From Gammaproteobacteria bacterium (lineage in GTDB: Bacteria; Pseudomonadota; Gammaproteobacteria; Natronospirales; REEB76): a DNA stretch of 64,000 nt. Every line of letters begins with the position of its first letter. Positions within the stretch are counted from its first letter, which is position 1. This document shows positions 30,477 through 40,896 of the stretch, piece after piece. Where the stretch lies: contig JBAWFD010000135.1 of the NCBI GenBank assembly GCA_049591615.1, forward strand, positions 29,858 through 93,857, read 5' to 3'. The position numbers and the translations under genes are program-made. The notes below the pieces were generated by a model. The model was not told the origin of the DNA. It saw nothing but the letters and a program-made list of their open reading frames with translations, and did no database searches.

Positions 30477-32210
30477 TTAGACCAGCTCGATAGCGTCGAC
30501 CAATAACTGCAGGTGTTGTTCGCCGCGGTATTCGTTGACGTCAAGCCGATAAACGATGCGCACTTGTCTACAGTCTGGCGGCAGTTGTGCACCATCCTGA
30601 TTGAATGCGATGGCTTCTAATCGGAGTCCGGTGGTCGGTTCCGCCAGCACCATCTTGAGATGCTTGTCACCCACGATGCGCCGTTCCAGCAACTGGAACA
30701 CGCCATCAAAACTGGGTTCCGGGAATCCCTGGCCCCAAGGTCCTGCCATGCGTAACTTTTCAGCCGTCTCGAGTGTCAAATATTCCGGTACCAATTCACC
30801 GTCCGTACGCATGACACCCGCCAAATCTTCGGCGTTCAGCCAGCGTCGCACTTCCGCATCGAATGCTGGCGCAAAGGTTTTGAATGCATCGGTCGCCAAC
30901 GTCAGACCGGCCGCCATGGCATGCCCGCCAAATTTAGCAATCAGTCCCGGATGCCGGGTGGATACCGCTTCCAGCGCATCGCGGATATGCACACCTTTGA
31001 CCGAGCGTGCGGAACCCTTGAGCGTACCGTCATCGGTGCGCGCAAAGGCGACCACCGGACGATGCACCCGGTCCTTGATGCGTGATGCCACCAGACCCAC
31101 CACGCCCTGATGCCATTCCTCATCGAACAGGCATAGTCCGAACGGCAGCGCGGAGTCAGCTGCGTCCACGTCCAGCTTTTTCAAGGCGCGCAAGGCATCC
31201 TCCTGCATGCGTGCTTCGATATGACGCCGCTCATGGTTGAGTGTATCCAGCCGCACGGCCAGCTCACGCGCCTGCGCTGGATCATCCGCCAGCAGGCACT
31301 CGATGCCGAGCGACATATCCGTGAGCCTGCCGGCAGCGTTCAGACGCGGCGCCACTGCAAATCCCAAGTCAGAGGCCGTGAGACGCTTTAGATCGCGCTT
31401 GCCCAGTTCCAGCAATGCGCGAATGCCGGGCACACAGCGACCGGCACGCATCCGTGTCAGACCCTGTGCGACCAGCACCCGGTTGTTGTGATCCAGTGGT
31501 ACAAGGTCGGCGACCGTACCGAGTGCCACGATGTCCAGATATTCCGCCAGGTTCAGTTCCATGATCCCACGCTTGATAAACCAGTCGTCGGCACGCAACT
31601 GTGCGCGTAACGCCAACAGCAGATAGAACATGACACCCACGCCGGCCAGATGCTTGCTGGGAAAAGCATCGCCAGGCAGATTGGGATTGAGGATGGCATC
31701 GGCATCTGGCAGCTCAATGCCCGGCAGATGATGGTCAGTGACCAATACATGGATACCAGCACTTCGTGCTACTCGAACCCCTGCAAGACTGGAAATCCCG
31801 TTGTCCACGGTAATGATGAGATGTGGTCTGCGTTCAACCGCCAGCGCCACGATCTCCGGCGTCAAGCCATAACCATATTCGAAGCGGTTCGGTACCAGGT
31901 AATCTACCTGCGTGGCTCCGAGCTTGCGCAGCGCGCGTACCCCAAGGGCGGAACTGGTGGCGCCGTCCGCATCGAAATCGCCCACGATGAGGATGCGTCG
32001 CTGCTGCTCGAGGCAGTCCGCCAGCAACGCGACCGCCTTTTCCATATTGCTGAAGGTATGATAATCGTGGAGCGCCGATAACGCATTATCCGACTCGGCA
32101 TCAACATGAATCTGGCGGGCGGCATAGATGCGCTGCAGTAAAGGATGCAGGCTTTCTGAAAAATGCGTTTCCGCGAGCGGGACACGGCGTTCGATACGGT
32201 GTGGGTTCAT
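30477..32210 (-). CDS. recJ: single-stranded-DNA-specific exonuclease RecJ
   Basis: 577 aa with the DHH family motifs ILIVGDFDADGATS, ITVDNG and VLVTDHH, plus the DHHA1 region GGHAMAAG. Confidence 0.95.
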   Translation of the reverse strand: MNPHRIERRVPLAETHFSESLHPLLQRIYAARQIHVDAESDNALSALHDYHTFSNMEKAVALLADCLEQQRRILIVGDFDADGATSSALGVRALRKLGATQVDYLVPNRFEYGYGLTPEIVALAVERRPHLIITVDNGISSLAGVRVARSAGIHVLVTDHHLPGIELPDADAILNPNLPGDAFPSKHLAGVGVMFYLLLALRAQLRADDWFIKRGIMELNLAEYLDIVALGTVADLVPLDHNNRVLVAQGLTRMRAGRCVPGIRALLELGKRDLKRLTASDLGFAVAPRLNAAGRLTDMSLGIECLLADDPAQARELAVRLDTLNHERRHIEARMQEDALRALKKLDVDAADSALPFGLCLFDEEWHQGVVGLVASRIKDRVHRPVVAFARTDDGTLKGSARSVKGVHIRDALEAVSTRHPGLIAKFGGHAMAAGLTLATDAFKTFAPAFDAEVRRWLNAEDLAGVMRTDGELVPEYLTLETAEKLRMAGPWGQGFPEPSFDGVFQLLERRIVGDKHLKMVLAEPTTGLRLEAIAFNQDGAQLPPDCRQVRIVYRLDVNEYRGEQHLQLLVDAIELV

Positions 32211-33184
32211 GTTGTATGCAGGATATCAGCCAACGGCCGGCGCCATCGCCAGAACTTGCGCAGCGAAGTCCGTGATACACGATGACATCGCTGGTTGCCG
32301 GTATATATCAGTAACGCATCCATCTGACCCTGGCGTAATGCACGCAACAGTGGCACTGCAAGCTGATCCTCAATTTGCATCAATGCCGACTCATTGCTGC
32401 AATCGATAGCGATCAGCTGATCCTCGTACTCCAAAGGCTTATTCAGGATTCCCGTCCAGGCTGAGTAATTACTCTCGGCATAAAGAGCCAATCCCGCGAC
32501 CAGAGGGATATCCGTCAGCACCCTATCCGGCCCTGTGATGGGTACTTGCGGCAAACGGCCGCCGCCCCACAGCCACAGGCTGTTGATACTGGGACGCCCT
32601 GCCCCCTCACGAGCCAGGTTGACCGGCTGTTCATGGAACAGCATTTGCACTTCGTTCATGAGTTGCCGGAGACGTTGGCCAGCTTCACCCTCAGGCATGA
32701 ATTCAAACACCGATCTGCCAGCCACCACTATCGGTTCATGCGTGACACACATGAGCGGCACCGGCACACGCAGATACCAGCGCTCAGGATGCGGGGTTTC
32801 CAGCCGATAGCCCTCGGTGGCATAGCTGCGATTGAAAGTCTCGGCCAGAGCCCGGGCTTCATCCGCCTGCACCTGTAATACAGATAACGGCAGCATCACC
32901 AACTGATCCCGGTCCGGAGCCAGATGCACCGGATCCGCGCGCAAATAGAAACCCGCATCACGCTCACCGGTATCCGCCAGCCGCATGAAAGGCGCAACAC
33001 CGAAGCCGGTGGGCATGCCAAACAGTTTCGCTAGCTCATCATTAATTTCCGCGGTATTTTGCAGCTGTGAACGGGCGAAAAGCATCTCCAGCGCCGGATA
33101 TCGATTTTGAGTGGCGATATCGGTATGCAATCCGCTCAGAGATGGAATAAACAGCGTGATGAACATGGGCAATGGCAGGCTCAC
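32207..33184 (-). CDS. conserved hypothetical protein (COG4255-like, tentative)
   Basis: 325-aa ORF with the SLWLWGGGRLP motif. I recall this motif from an uncharacterised proteobacterial family. ATGA overlap with the recJ start. The start may instead be ATG 33166 (MFITLFIPSLSG). Confidence 0.45.
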   Translation of the reverse strand: MSLPLPMFITLFIPSLSGLHTDIATQNRYPALEMLFARSQLQNTAEINDELAKLFGMPTGFGVAPFMRLADTGERDAGFYLRADPVHLAPDRDQLVMLPLSVLQVQADEARALAETFNRSYATEGYRLETPHPERWYLRVPVPLMCVTHEPIVVAGRSVFEFMPEGEAGQRLRQLMNEVQMLFHEQPVNLAREGAGRPSINSLWLWGGGRLPQVPITGPDRVLTDIPLVAGLALYAESNYSAWTGILNKPLEYEDQLIAIDCSNESALMQIEDQLAVPLLRALRQGQMDALLIYTGNQRCHRVSRTSLRKFWRWRRPLADILHTT

Positions 33185-33221
33185 TTGTGCCCATTATGCC
33201 GTTTGCCCTACTCTAAAAGCC

Positions 33222-33596
33222 ATGAAACTCACCCAAGACCGGCCCGTCGGCGACATCAATTACATTCGCGCCTACGCCCCAGGGCGCATCAACATCAATG
33301 ATCGGCTGCTGAAGGCGAGTCTGGTGCTCTCCCCTCTAAAACTCATGGAAGACTGGCCACCCCAATGCCCCGAAGACATCACCCTGGAACATCTGGAACC
33401 CGCACTGGCCCTGGAACCCGAAATCCTGGTCATTGGCACTGGCCCAATCCTGCAGTTCCCCGAAGCCCGGATCATGGCGGAGGTCCAGCAGCGCGGCATC
33501 GGCCTGGAAGTGCTGGACACCGCTGCCGCTTGCCGTACTTACAATGTGCTGGTGAGTGAGAACCGCAACGTGGTGGCGGCGCTGCTGATGATCTGA
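33222..33596 (+). CDS. Mth938-like (DUF498/NDUFAF3-like) domain protein
   Basis: From ATG 33222: MKLTQDRPVGDINYIRAYAPGRININ...PEILVIGTGPILQFP...GIGLEVLDTAAACRTYNVLVSENRNVVAALL. The track ORF start at 33111 overlaps the divergent gene. Confidence 0.65.
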   Translation: MKLTQDRPVGDINYIRAYAPGRININDRLLKASLVLSPLKLMEDWPPQCPEDITLEHLEPALALEPEILVIGTGPILQFPEARIMAEVQQRGIGLEVLDTAAACRTYNVLVSENRNVVAALLMI

Positions 33597-33627
33597 GAAC
33601 GCTTGCTGGATTACTAAATCTAAACAC

Positions 33628-34665
33628 CTATTCGAACAAAGACTCTTCTGACAAGCCCTCGCTTTCCAGTATCTGCCGCAAGCGCTTCATAGCATCCATC
33701 TGGATCTGGCGCACGCGCTCACGGGTAACTCCGATCGCAATGCCCACGTCCTCCAACGTGCCTTTATCGTGGCCGTTGAGGCCGAAGCGGCGCTCCACCA
33801 CTTCCCGCTGCTTCTCGTTCAGGCGACCGAGCCAGCGCTCCACGATAGCCTGCAGATCCGTGTCATGCAGGATCCTTGAGGGATCGGTGTTGTTCTCATC
33901 AGGAATGGCGTCCAACAGCATGCGATCGCCGTCCTTGCCGATGGGTGTCTCCATGGAGGTGACGCGCTCGTTCAGCCCCAGCAGCCGCTTCACATCCTCG
34001 ATGGGTTTATCCAGCAGTTCTGCGATCTCTTCCGGTGAAGGTGTACGGTCCAGTGTCTGGGACAATTTGCGGCCGGCGCGCAGGTAGAGATTGAGTTCCT
34101 TGATGATGTGGATGGGCAGACGGATGGTGCGGGTCTGGTTCATGATGGCCCGCTCGATGGTCTGGCGGATCCACCAGGTGGCGTAGGTGGAGAACCGGAA
34201 ACCGCGTTCCGGATCGAATTTCTCCACCGCATGGATCAAACCCAGATTGCCCTCTTCGATCAGGTCCAGCAGTGGCAGGCCGCGATTGATGTACTTGCGC
34301 GCGATTTTCACCACCAGTCGCAGGTTGCTCTCGATCATGCGACGGCGCGAGACTTCGTCGCCCTTGAGGGCGCGGCGGCTGTAATAGACCTCTTCCTCGG
34401 CAGTTAGCAGCGCCGAATAGCCGATCTCCGAGAGATACATGCGGGTGGCATCCAGCTGCGCTTCCACTAGCTGCGGTTCGGGTTCCGCCGGTTCCGGCTG
34501 CAACACCGCCACCGTGCCCTCTTCCAACAGGGACTCCTCGCCGTCGCCCTCCAGCAGGACAACCGGGTTCAGCGGCTCCTCGGATTCGGGAAACAGTTCT
34601 TCGTCCGCTTCCGGTGTGCCTTCGCGATTGATGCTCGTCATGGTATCCGGGACGCTCTCGAACAA
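33628..34665 (-). CDS. rpoS: RNA polymerase sigma factor RpoS
   Basis: 345 aa with [79 protein letters not shown]. Context is surE-pcm-nlpD-rpoS. Confidence 0.92.
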   Translation of the reverse strand: MFESVPDTMTSINREGTPEADEELFPESEEPLNPVVLLEGDGEESLLEEGTVAVLQPEPAEPEPQLVEAQLDATRMYLSEIGYSALLTAEEEVYYSRRALKGDEVSRRRMIESNLRLVVKIARKYINRGLPLLDLIEEGNLGLIHAVEKFDPERGFRFSTYATWWIRQTIERAIMNQTRTIRLPIHIIKELNLYLRAGRKLSQTLDRTPSPEEIAELLDKPIEDVKRLLGLNERVTSMETPIGKDGDRMLLDAIPDENNTDPSRILHDTDLQAIVERWLGRLNEKQREVVERRFGLNGHDKGTLEDVGIAIGVTRERVRQIQMDAMKRLRQILESEGLSEESLFE

Positions 34666-34711
34666 GCGCGTGTGCTTAATCTTGCCAAGTGTTACACCCT
34701 GTATGCAAGTG

Positions 34712-35464
34712 TCAGCGAGCCGGCAGATAACTCAAGGGGTTTACCGGTTTGCCGTTGTAACGGATCTCGAAATGCAGCAAGGGATGTCCGCCCCGGTCCA
34801 GACCCATGGTAGCAATCCGTTCACCGGCTTTGACGGTTTCGCCTTCTTGCACCAGCATTGAGTCATTATCCGCGTAGGCACTCAGGAATTGGTCATTGTT
34901 CTTGATGATGATGAGCTTGCCGTAGCCGATGATGGCGCTACCGGTATACACCACCTTGCCGGACGCAGCGGCCACTATGTCCTGGCCGCGCACCCCGCTG
35001 ATATCGATGCCTTTGGAGAGCGGATCATTTGGGTGATACAGACGTACCAATGCACCCTTGGCTGGCCAGGTCCATTGCAGGGGACCGGAGGGTGGTGCGT
35101 AATCGATTGTGGACGCTGGCTGAGAGCTGGTTGCAGCCGCACCTGTGCGAGTGGATTGCTTGACGCGGGAAATGAACCGGGAGGGCGCCGCCAATACCAG
35201 TGTTTGACCGGGTTTAATCAAGTAATCGGAGCCGATGCCGTTCCAGCCCGCCACATCATGGTAATCAAGGCCATAGCGCCAGGCGATGGAATACAGCGTA
35301 TCGCCCGGCCGGACTGTATATTGCCCCGGGATCGGTTCTGCTGTAACAGCCTCCTGTGCCTGCCCGGCACTACCACGTGGGTTCCAATTGAGCGCACCGG
35401 CACAACCCGCCAGTAATACCGAACAACAACCCATCACGAACATAGCCCGCAGGATGCAATTCAT
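34712..35464 (-). CDS. nlpD: murein hydrolase activator NlpD (lipoprotein, LysM + M23 peptidase-like domain)
   Basis: Lipobox LLAGC, Lys[18 protein letters not shown], and the M23 region [19 protein letters not shown]...[14 protein letters not shown]. Confidence 0.87.
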   Translation of the reverse strand: MNCILRAMFVMGCCSVLLAGCAGALNWNPRGSAGQAQEAVTAEPIPGQYTVRPGDTLYSIAWRYGLDYHDVAGWNGIGSDYLIKPGQTLVLAAPSRFISRVKQSTRTGAAATSSQPASTIDYAPPSGPLQWTWPAKGALVRLYHPNDPLSKGIDISGVRGQDIVAAASGKVVYTGSAIIGYGKLIIIKNNDQFLSAYADNDSMLVQEGETVKAGERIATMGLDRGGHPLLHFEIRYNGKPVNPLSYLPAR

Positions 35465-36096
35465 TCCATGCCTTCCACCAGCGGCACGAAACTCACCCGG
35501 TCCAAGAGCTTGCGTGCATAGTCGGTCTCACTGCGGCGCGTAATCAGCAATAGTTCCTGTTCACTGGGTCTGCCGGCAGGAATAACCATGCGGCCACCGA
35601 TTGCCAGTTGTTCCAGAAGCGCCTGCGGCACCTCGACCGGCGCGGCACTCACCAGGATACCTCCGTAAGGAGCGTGCTGCGGCCAACCCCAACCACCATC
35701 GGCATGTTTGAATCGCACATTGCGGACCTTGAGACTATTCAGAGTCTGGCGCGCGCGCAGCTGCAAAGGTCCAAGCCGCTCGACGCTGTACACCATCGGC
35801 ACCAGCGCCGCCAGGATCAGCGTCTGGTAACCGCAACCGGTACCGACTTCCAGCACCGTTTCTGGAATTCCATCAGCCAACAAAGCCTCAGTCATGCGTG
35901 CCACGATATAGGGCTGGGAGATAGTCTGACCCAAGCCTATGGGCAGCGCCGTGTCCTCGTAGGCGCGGCTGGCCAGTGCCTCGTCTACAAATAGATGCCG
36001 CGGTGTGGAGCGGATGAGATTCAGCACTGCCGCATTTTTTATGCCTTGCTCCTTGAGACGCAGCATGAGCCGCTCGCGGGTGCGCGCCGAGGTCAT
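35461..36096 (-). CDS. pcm: protein-L-isoaspartate O-methyltransferase
   Basis: [19 protein letters not shown]..., [12 protein letters not shown] and the SAM motif [13 protein letters not shown] chose ATG 36096, which matches the Pseudomonas Pcm start. The track ORF extends to 36150 into surE. Confidence 0.9.
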   Translation of the reverse strand: MTSARTRERLMLRLKEQGIKNAAVLNLIRSTPRHLFVDEALASRAYEDTALPIGLGQTISQPYIVARMTEALLADGIPETVLEVGTGCGYQTLILAALVPMVYSVERLGPLQLRARQTLNSLKVRNVRFKHADGGWGWPQHAPYGGILVSAAPVEVPQALLEQLAIGGRMVIPAGRPSEQELLLITRRSETDYARKLLDRVSFVPLVEGME

Positions 36097-36122
36097 ACCG
36101 ATGCCGCGGGTGCTGGCAACGT

Positions 36123-36890
36123 TCACGGTAACGGTATCCCTTGCAGCCAATGCGATAAAGGATCCAGGGCGGTATATTGGGTCAGGTCAATCTGCAGCGG
36201 CGTGACCGAGACAAACCCGCGGCGCACCGCATGAAAATCCGTGCCGATGCCGGCATCCTGCTCGGCGCCCGGCGGTCCCACCCAATAGAGCGCGCGTCCA
36301 CGCGGATCCGTGGATTTTGTGATAGGTTCGGACCGGTGCCGGTAGCCCAGGCGCGTGGCCTCCACGCCCTTTATTTCTGTCCAGGGCACATCCGGCACGT
36401 TGACGTTAAGGATGGTGTTGGCCGGCAGCGGATGGGTCAGCAGACGCTGCACCAGATCGCAAGCGACGCGCGCGGCGGTGGCATAGTGATGCGGGGTCTC
36501 CGCCACCAGCGATACGGCAATGGCTGGATACCCCAGGAAGCGCCCCTCGATGGCGGCCGCCACCGTGCCGGAATACAGCACGTCGTCACCCAGGTTGGCG
36601 CCGGAATTGATGCCAGAGACCACCATATCCGGCTCGTGTTCCAGCAGGCCGGTGATCGCCAGATGCACACAATCGGTAGGCGTGCCGTCCACGCACACCA
36701 CTCCTGGTTCATCCTGGCGCACCCGCAACGGCATATCCAGGGTTAGGGAATGGCTGGTGCCGCTGCGGTTACGGTCCGGAGCCACGATGGTCACCTCGGC
36801 GAACGCGCGCAAGGCCTCGGCCAAGCAGCGCAACCCTTCGGCGTGGCAGCCGTCATCGTTACTGAGAAGAATTTTCACCCAATCATGCAC
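36123..36890 (-). CDS. surE: 5'/3'-nucleotidase SurE
   Basis: 255 aa with [14 protein letters not shown] and [22 protein letters not shown]. Confidence 0.95.
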   Translation of the reverse strand: MHDWVKILLSNDDGCHAEGLRCLAEALRAFAEVTIVAPDRNRSGTSHSLTLDMPLRVRQDEPGVVCVDGTPTDCVHLAITGLLEHEPDMVVSGINSGANLGDDVLYSGTVAAAIEGRFLGYPAIAVSLVAETPHHYATAARVACDLVQRLLTHPLPANTILNVNVPDVPWTEIKGVEATRLGYRHRSEPITKSTDPRGRALYWVGPPGAEQDAGIGTDFHAVRRGFVSVTPLQIDLTQYTALDPLSHWLQGIPLP

Positions 36891-36965
36891 CCTTACAGCA
36901 GTACTGCTTAGGATACTGTAATAAAGTCGCTTGATATACTGTCAACGGCGTGGACAACGGCAGTT

Positions 36966-37505
36966 ATGGCAAGCAAGCATAAGATCAGCGATGAGGATGC
37001 ACGCGCGTTCCGCGATGCAGTCGCGGATACCAAGCCATTGCCATCCAAACCACTGCATCACACGCCCAAACCCAAACCGCGAGCACGCTTCGCGCACGCG
37101 GCCACGACTGAAGTGTTGGCGGAAAGCCTCACCGGATTGCCAGATCCGGATGAGCCACTGCTGGGTGAAGGCTTGTACTTTGCCAAGCCCGGTGTGCAGC
37201 ATGGGGTATTGCGCAAATTACGCCGCGGCCAGTTCAGCGTAGGAGCAGTGCTCGACCTGCACGGCCTGCGCAGCGAGGATGCGCGCCAGGCGTTGGCCGA
37301 ATTCCTGCACGAAGTACGCGGCCAGCGCATGCATTGCGTGCGTATCATCCATGGCAAAGGCTACCGCTCAGGGCCGCGTGGGCCGGTATTGAAACAGAAA
37401 CTCAACGGCTGGCTGCGGCAGCGGGATGAAGTCCTTGCGTTCTGTTCGGCGCGCCCGGTAGATGGCGGTACCGGCGCGGTGTATGTGCTGCTCAGCAGCC
37501 GTTAA
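36966..37505 (+). CDS. Smr/MutS2-C domain protein (SmrA-like)
   Basis: 179 aa with a C-terminal Smr domain: VLDLHGLRSEDARQALAEFL...VRIIHGKGYRS...GGTGAVYVLL. Confidence 0.8.
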   Translation: MASKHKISDEDARAFRDAVADTKPLPSKPLHHTPKPKPRARFAHAATTEVLAESLTGLPDPDEPLLGEGLYFAKPGVQHGVLRKLRRGQFSVGAVLDLHGLRSEDARQALAEFLHEVRGQRMHCVRIIHGKGYRSGPRGPVLKQKLNGWLRQRDEVLAFCSARPVDGGTGAVYVLLSSR

Positions 37506-37535
37506 TTTTTTCCAAGTTTATCCAGGAGAGCTTGC

Positions 37536-37715
37536 ATGCATATCACACTCAACATTAATCTGCTGGTGCTGTTTACATTAATCGGCGGTTTAATCGTGCT
37601 GTTCTGGCCGAAATTATTCGAACGCCTAAAGTTGCTACGCTACATCATCGGTATCGGCCTGCTAGTGCTTGGCCTGATGAATCTTTTCGGGATTCATATC
37701 GTGGTCATCAATTGA
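37536..37715 (+). CDS. DUF3096-like 59-aa two-TM membrane peptide (below the track cutoff)
   Basis: The ATG is preceded by AGGAGAG with a 5-nt spacer. Translation: MHITLNINLLVLFTLIGGLIVLFWPKLFERLKLLRYIIGIGLLVLGLMNLFGIHIVVIN*. The pattern resembles DUF3096 peptides as I recall them. Confidence 0.6.
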   Translation: MHITLNINLLVLFTLIGGLIVLFWPKLFERLKLLRYIIGIGLLVLGLMNLFGIHIVVIN

Positions 37716-37717
37716 AA

Positions 37718-37739
37718 GCGATGTAGAGACATCGCGTTT
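37718..37739. terminator. weak hairpin between convergent DUF3096-like gene and enoyl-CoA hydratase gene
   Basis: GCGATGT-agag-ACATCGC followed by GTTT; 7-bp stem. Confidence 0.3.
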
Positions 37740-37749
37740 ACAGCTGTCT

Positions 37750-38523
37750 TTACTTACGCGCAGCCAGCTCCGCCACCAATGCGCGCATGGCAGTCTGAGT
37801 CTCGGCACTGAACCACATCTCCATCAGGTCATCGTGGCTGCGGTCGCCGAGTTTGGCGAATATCTCCACGAGATCGGCACGCGCCTGCTTGCGGGTCGCG
37901 GCGACGGCTTTCGGAGGCAAGGCCAGCAGACTGCGGCACCATTCCAGCGCTGCCGGTACCACCTGCGGCGGCGGCAACACCTGATCCACCAATCCGATAT
38001 GTAAGGCTTCGTCAGGGGAGATCAGCAGGCCATGCAGGCACAGACGCTCTGCCTGGCGCACGCCCACCAGCCGCATGAGCGCCGCGTAGATCACCGCCGG
38101 TACCGGCAGACCCACGCGTACCTCATTCAGACCAATCTTGAATTTGCCTTCCGCGGCGATGCGGGTGTCGCAGAAGATCGCCAGCACCGCGCCACCTGCG
38201 GGACTGTGGCCGGTGATGGCCGCTGCCATCGGCACCGGCGACAGGGCGATGAGCCGCAGCAGACTGACGAATTCCTTCCAGAAGGCACCCATGGCGGGTT
38301 TATCCAGTTTCAGCAGCGCCGGCACATCCAGACCTGCCGAGAACATGCCCTCCGCACCCGAGAGTATCAATGCCCGCGCGCCTTTGTCCGGCGCTGTCTT
38401 GATGGCCGTATGCAATTCATGCACCAGGGCTGGATTGAGCGCATTTGCCGGCGGATGGGCCAGGCGCAGTTGCACTATATTAGTGTCATGTTCAATCCGC
38501 GTTAGCATCGTTGTATTCCGCAT
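37750..38523 (-). CDS. enoyl-CoA hydratase/isomerase (crotonase) family protein
   Basis: 257 aa with the crotonase fold motifs ALILSGAEGMFSAGLDV and AAITGHSPAGGAVLAIFCD. Confidence 0.8.
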   Translation of the reverse strand: MRNTTMLTRIEHDTNIVQLRLAHPPANALNPALVHELHTAIKTAPDKGARALILSGAEGMFSAGLDVPALLKLDKPAMGAFWKEFVSLLRLIALSPVPMAAAITGHSPAGGAVLAIFCDTRIAAEGKFKIGLNEVRVGLPVPAVIYAALMRLVGVRQAERLCLHGLLISPDEALHIGLVDQVLPPPQVVPAALEWCRSLLALPPKAVAATRKQARADLVEIFAKLGDRSHDDLMEMWFSAETQTAMRALVAELAARK

Positions 38524-39553
38524 TCAGTTCATCGGTAGTCGCTAGCTCCCGCAACACGGCGGTGGCATACGCGCCTGCCGGCAGGAAAAACTCCAGCACC
38601 AATGACCGATGACCGTCCAGCGTCCAGCTCAATTCCTTGAGCGGCAATCTTAGTGCGCGCCGCGCCTGCTCCAGACCCGCGTTTTCGAGTCCCTGGGTAA
38701 AAACAGCATAGTCGCGCACCACTGCGGATTCCAGCGCCGCCGCTTCGCCGGTAACCCGACTCTCACCTCTGCCCCACAGCGGACCGGTAGGGTGCAGGTC
38801 GCCCGATTGCGCTCGTGCCATCAATGCCGCATCTACGCTCTCGGCATGAAACACGCTGTGGTTACCCTCGAGCATGCAGATCTCACCTGCCAGCACCTTA
38901 TCCCAAGTTTGCTCCTGGATGCGCCGTGAGAGCACCGCATTGAACAGGAGACTGCGGGCTGTGGACAATAACAGTCCACGCAGCTTGCGGTCACGCAGGC
39001 TCAGTTGACCGGAGAACAGTGCCTCAACCTGGGCGATGTTGGCGCCACCCCGACCAAAACGCTGCGGCCCAAAATAATTGGGCACGCCCCGTTCGTGGAT
39101 GATTGCCAGTTTTGATTCCAGCGCTTTTACCGGCGCGGACAAATCCCGCAACATCACGCGGAAACGGTTGCCCTTGAGGCTGCCGATGCGCAGCTTACGG
39201 CGATGGCGCGCGACTGTGAGGATCCGGAATTCCGCATGCTGATGCGCGGCCCAGTCCGGTTGCGCATGTTTTCCAAGCCACAGGCTGAAGTGCTGCACGG
39301 CCACCGCATTACGGTCCTTCATGCCGGCATAGCTCACCTCGCGCGACGACACGCCCGCATAACGTGCTAGCTCCTTGGCCACCCATACGCTGTTGGCACC
39401 TCGCTTCTCGATTTTGAGCAACAGATGCTCGCCCTCGCCGTCTGCTTCGAACCCCAGGATTTCTTCGACCTGGAAATCCTCGGGTGTTGAACGGATTCGG
39501 GCGCTGGTAGTAACCGGGCCATGGGCATGTGCCCAGCGAGGCAGCTGTGACAC
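38492..39553 (-). CDS. truD: tRNA pseudouridine(13) synthase TruD
   Basis: 353 aa with IRSTPEDFQVEEILGFEADGEGEHLLLKIEKRGANS, YAGMKDRNAV (catalytic Asp) and VPNYFGPQRFG. Confidence 0.92.
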   Translation of the reverse strand: MSQLPRWAHAHGPVTTSARIRSTPEDFQVEEILGFEADGEGEHLLLKIEKRGANSVWVAKELARYAGVSSREVSYAGMKDRNAVAVQHFSLWLGKHAQPDWAAHQHAEFRILTVARHRRKLRIGSLKGNRFRVMLRDLSAPVKALESKLAIIHERGVPNYFGPQRFGRGGANIAQVEALFSGQLSLRDRKLRGLLLSTARSLLFNAVLSRRIQEQTWDKVLAGEICMLEGNHSVFHAESVDAALMARAQSGDLHPTGPLWGRGESRVTGEAAALESAVVRDYAVFTQGLENAGLEQARRALRLPLKELSWTLDGHRSLVLEFFLPAGAYATAVLRELATTDELNAEYNDANAD

Positions 39554-39558
39554 AGGCT

Positions 39559-40032
39559 TTAGGTTTCTTCCATGAGCACCACCACTTGGGCGGCGATACC
39601 TTCACTGCGGCCGATGAAGCCAAGACGCTCGGTGGTGGTGGCTTTCACGTTTATGCGTTCCACCGGCAGGCCGAGATCGGCGGCCAGATTCGCACATATG
39701 ACTGGAATATACGGCACCAACTTCGGCGCCTGGGCGGCCACTGTGGCATCTACGTTCACCGGTCGCAGCCCCGCGTTGCGCACTTTCTCTATCACGTCGC
39801 GTAGCAGTTTGCGGCTGTCGATGCCTTTGTATTTCGGATCGCTGTCCGGGAAATGCCGCCCGATGTCGCCCAGTCCCGCCGCCCCCAGGAGCGCATCGCA
39901 CAATGCGTGCAACAGCACATCGCCGTCGGAATGCGCGATTACGCCGTGAATGAATGGGATGCGTACGCCGCCCAACACGAAAAAACTGCCGTCACCAAAA
40001 CGGTGAACATCAAGACCTTGGCCAATTCTCAT
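39559..40032 (-). CDS. ispF: 2-C-methyl-D-erythritol 2,4-cyclodiphosphate synthase
   Basis: 157 aa with MRIGQGLDVHRF and AHSDGDVLLHALCDALLGA. Confidence 0.96.
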   Translation of the reverse strand: MRIGQGLDVHRFGDGSFFVLGGVRIPFIHGVIAHSDGDVLLHALCDALLGAAGLGDIGRHFPDSDPKYKGIDSRKLLRDVIEKVRNAGLRPVNVDATVAAQAPKLVPYIPVICANLAADLGLPVERINVKATTTERLGFIGRSEGIAAQVVVLMEET

Positions 40033-40739
40033 AGGATCCTGCCTCTGGTTTTATTCAGTATGGCTTCTGCTAGTGCCAGATCCTCTGGCCGGGTTATTTT
40101 GATATTGTCACTGCGGCCTTCCACCACGCGTACCGGATGCCCGGCGCTTTCCATAGCGGCAGCCTCGTCCGAAGGCATCTCACCACGCTTGAGTGCAGCA
40201 TCCAACGCTCCAAGAAGCAACCCGTAACGGAACATCTGCGGCGTGAAGGCACGCCAGAGATTCTGGCGTTCAGGTGTCGCGCTGATGCGCAGCTCGGGGT
40301 CCACGGATTTCACGGTATCTATCAAAGGTGTTGCCAGTATGCCGCCCACCGGGTCCTGTCTCAATGTTTCCATGAGGCGATCCAGATCACTGGCCTGCAG
40401 GCATGGGCGCACCGCATCATGCACCAGCACCCAATCCTGTTGATTGAGTTCCTGCCGCAGGCTCTGCAAAAGGTTAGATACCGAGCGCGCGCGTTGCACA
40501 CCACCTTTGGCGATGCGTAGCGGCTTGCCCCGGGAGCGCAACAAATACTGTCGCCAATAAGTATCGGTCTCCGCGATAGCCACGCTGATGCCCGCGATGC
40601 GCGGATGCGCCAGGAAAACATCCAGTACATGTTCGATGACGGTGCGCCCCGCCAGCGGCAGGTACTGCTTGGGGATGTCACCGCCCATGCGCGTGCCGGT
40701 GCCGGCGGCAGGAATGATCGCCCAGAATCGTGTGTTCAT
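40029..40739 (-). CDS. ispD: 2-C-methyl-D-erythritol 4-phosphate cytidylyltransferase
   Basis: From ATG 40739: MNTRFWAIIPAAGTGTRMGGDIPKQYL. Four-nt overlap with ispF. The track ORF has an unsupported 25-aa N-terminal extension. Confidence 0.92.
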   Translation of the reverse strand: MNTRFWAIIPAAGTGTRMGGDIPKQYLPLAGRTVIEHVLDVFLAHPRIAGISVAIAETDTYWRQYLLRSRGKPLRIAKGGVQRARSVSNLLQSLRQELNQQDWVLVHDAVRPCLQASDLDRLMETLRQDPVGGILATPLIDTVKSVDPELRISATPERQNLWRAFTPQMFRYGLLLGALDAALKRGEMPSDEAAAMESAGHPVRVVEGRSDNIKITRPEDLALAEAILNKTRGRIL

Positions 40740-40896
40740 CTCTAAAAATTGATCTTTGTGCTTTCCAGCGGCGTTAAAAACGCCCTCGGAATCCTCATGT
40801 ATTGGCATATACACTCCGGTTCCTCGGTTACTTTTGCCTAACCGGAAACCAAAATCTCTAATTTTTAGAGGTACCTGTGTTGCTTACGGTATGCGT

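Noticed and set aside
40740-40896. Three short hairpins in the ftsB-ispD spacer: CTCTAA-ttt-TTAGAG, CGGTTA/TAACCG and GGCGTT-aaa-AACGCC.
   Set aside because: The stems are only 6 bp and mostly AT-rich. They could be a weak terminator or attenuator, but the evidence is too thin to call a feature.
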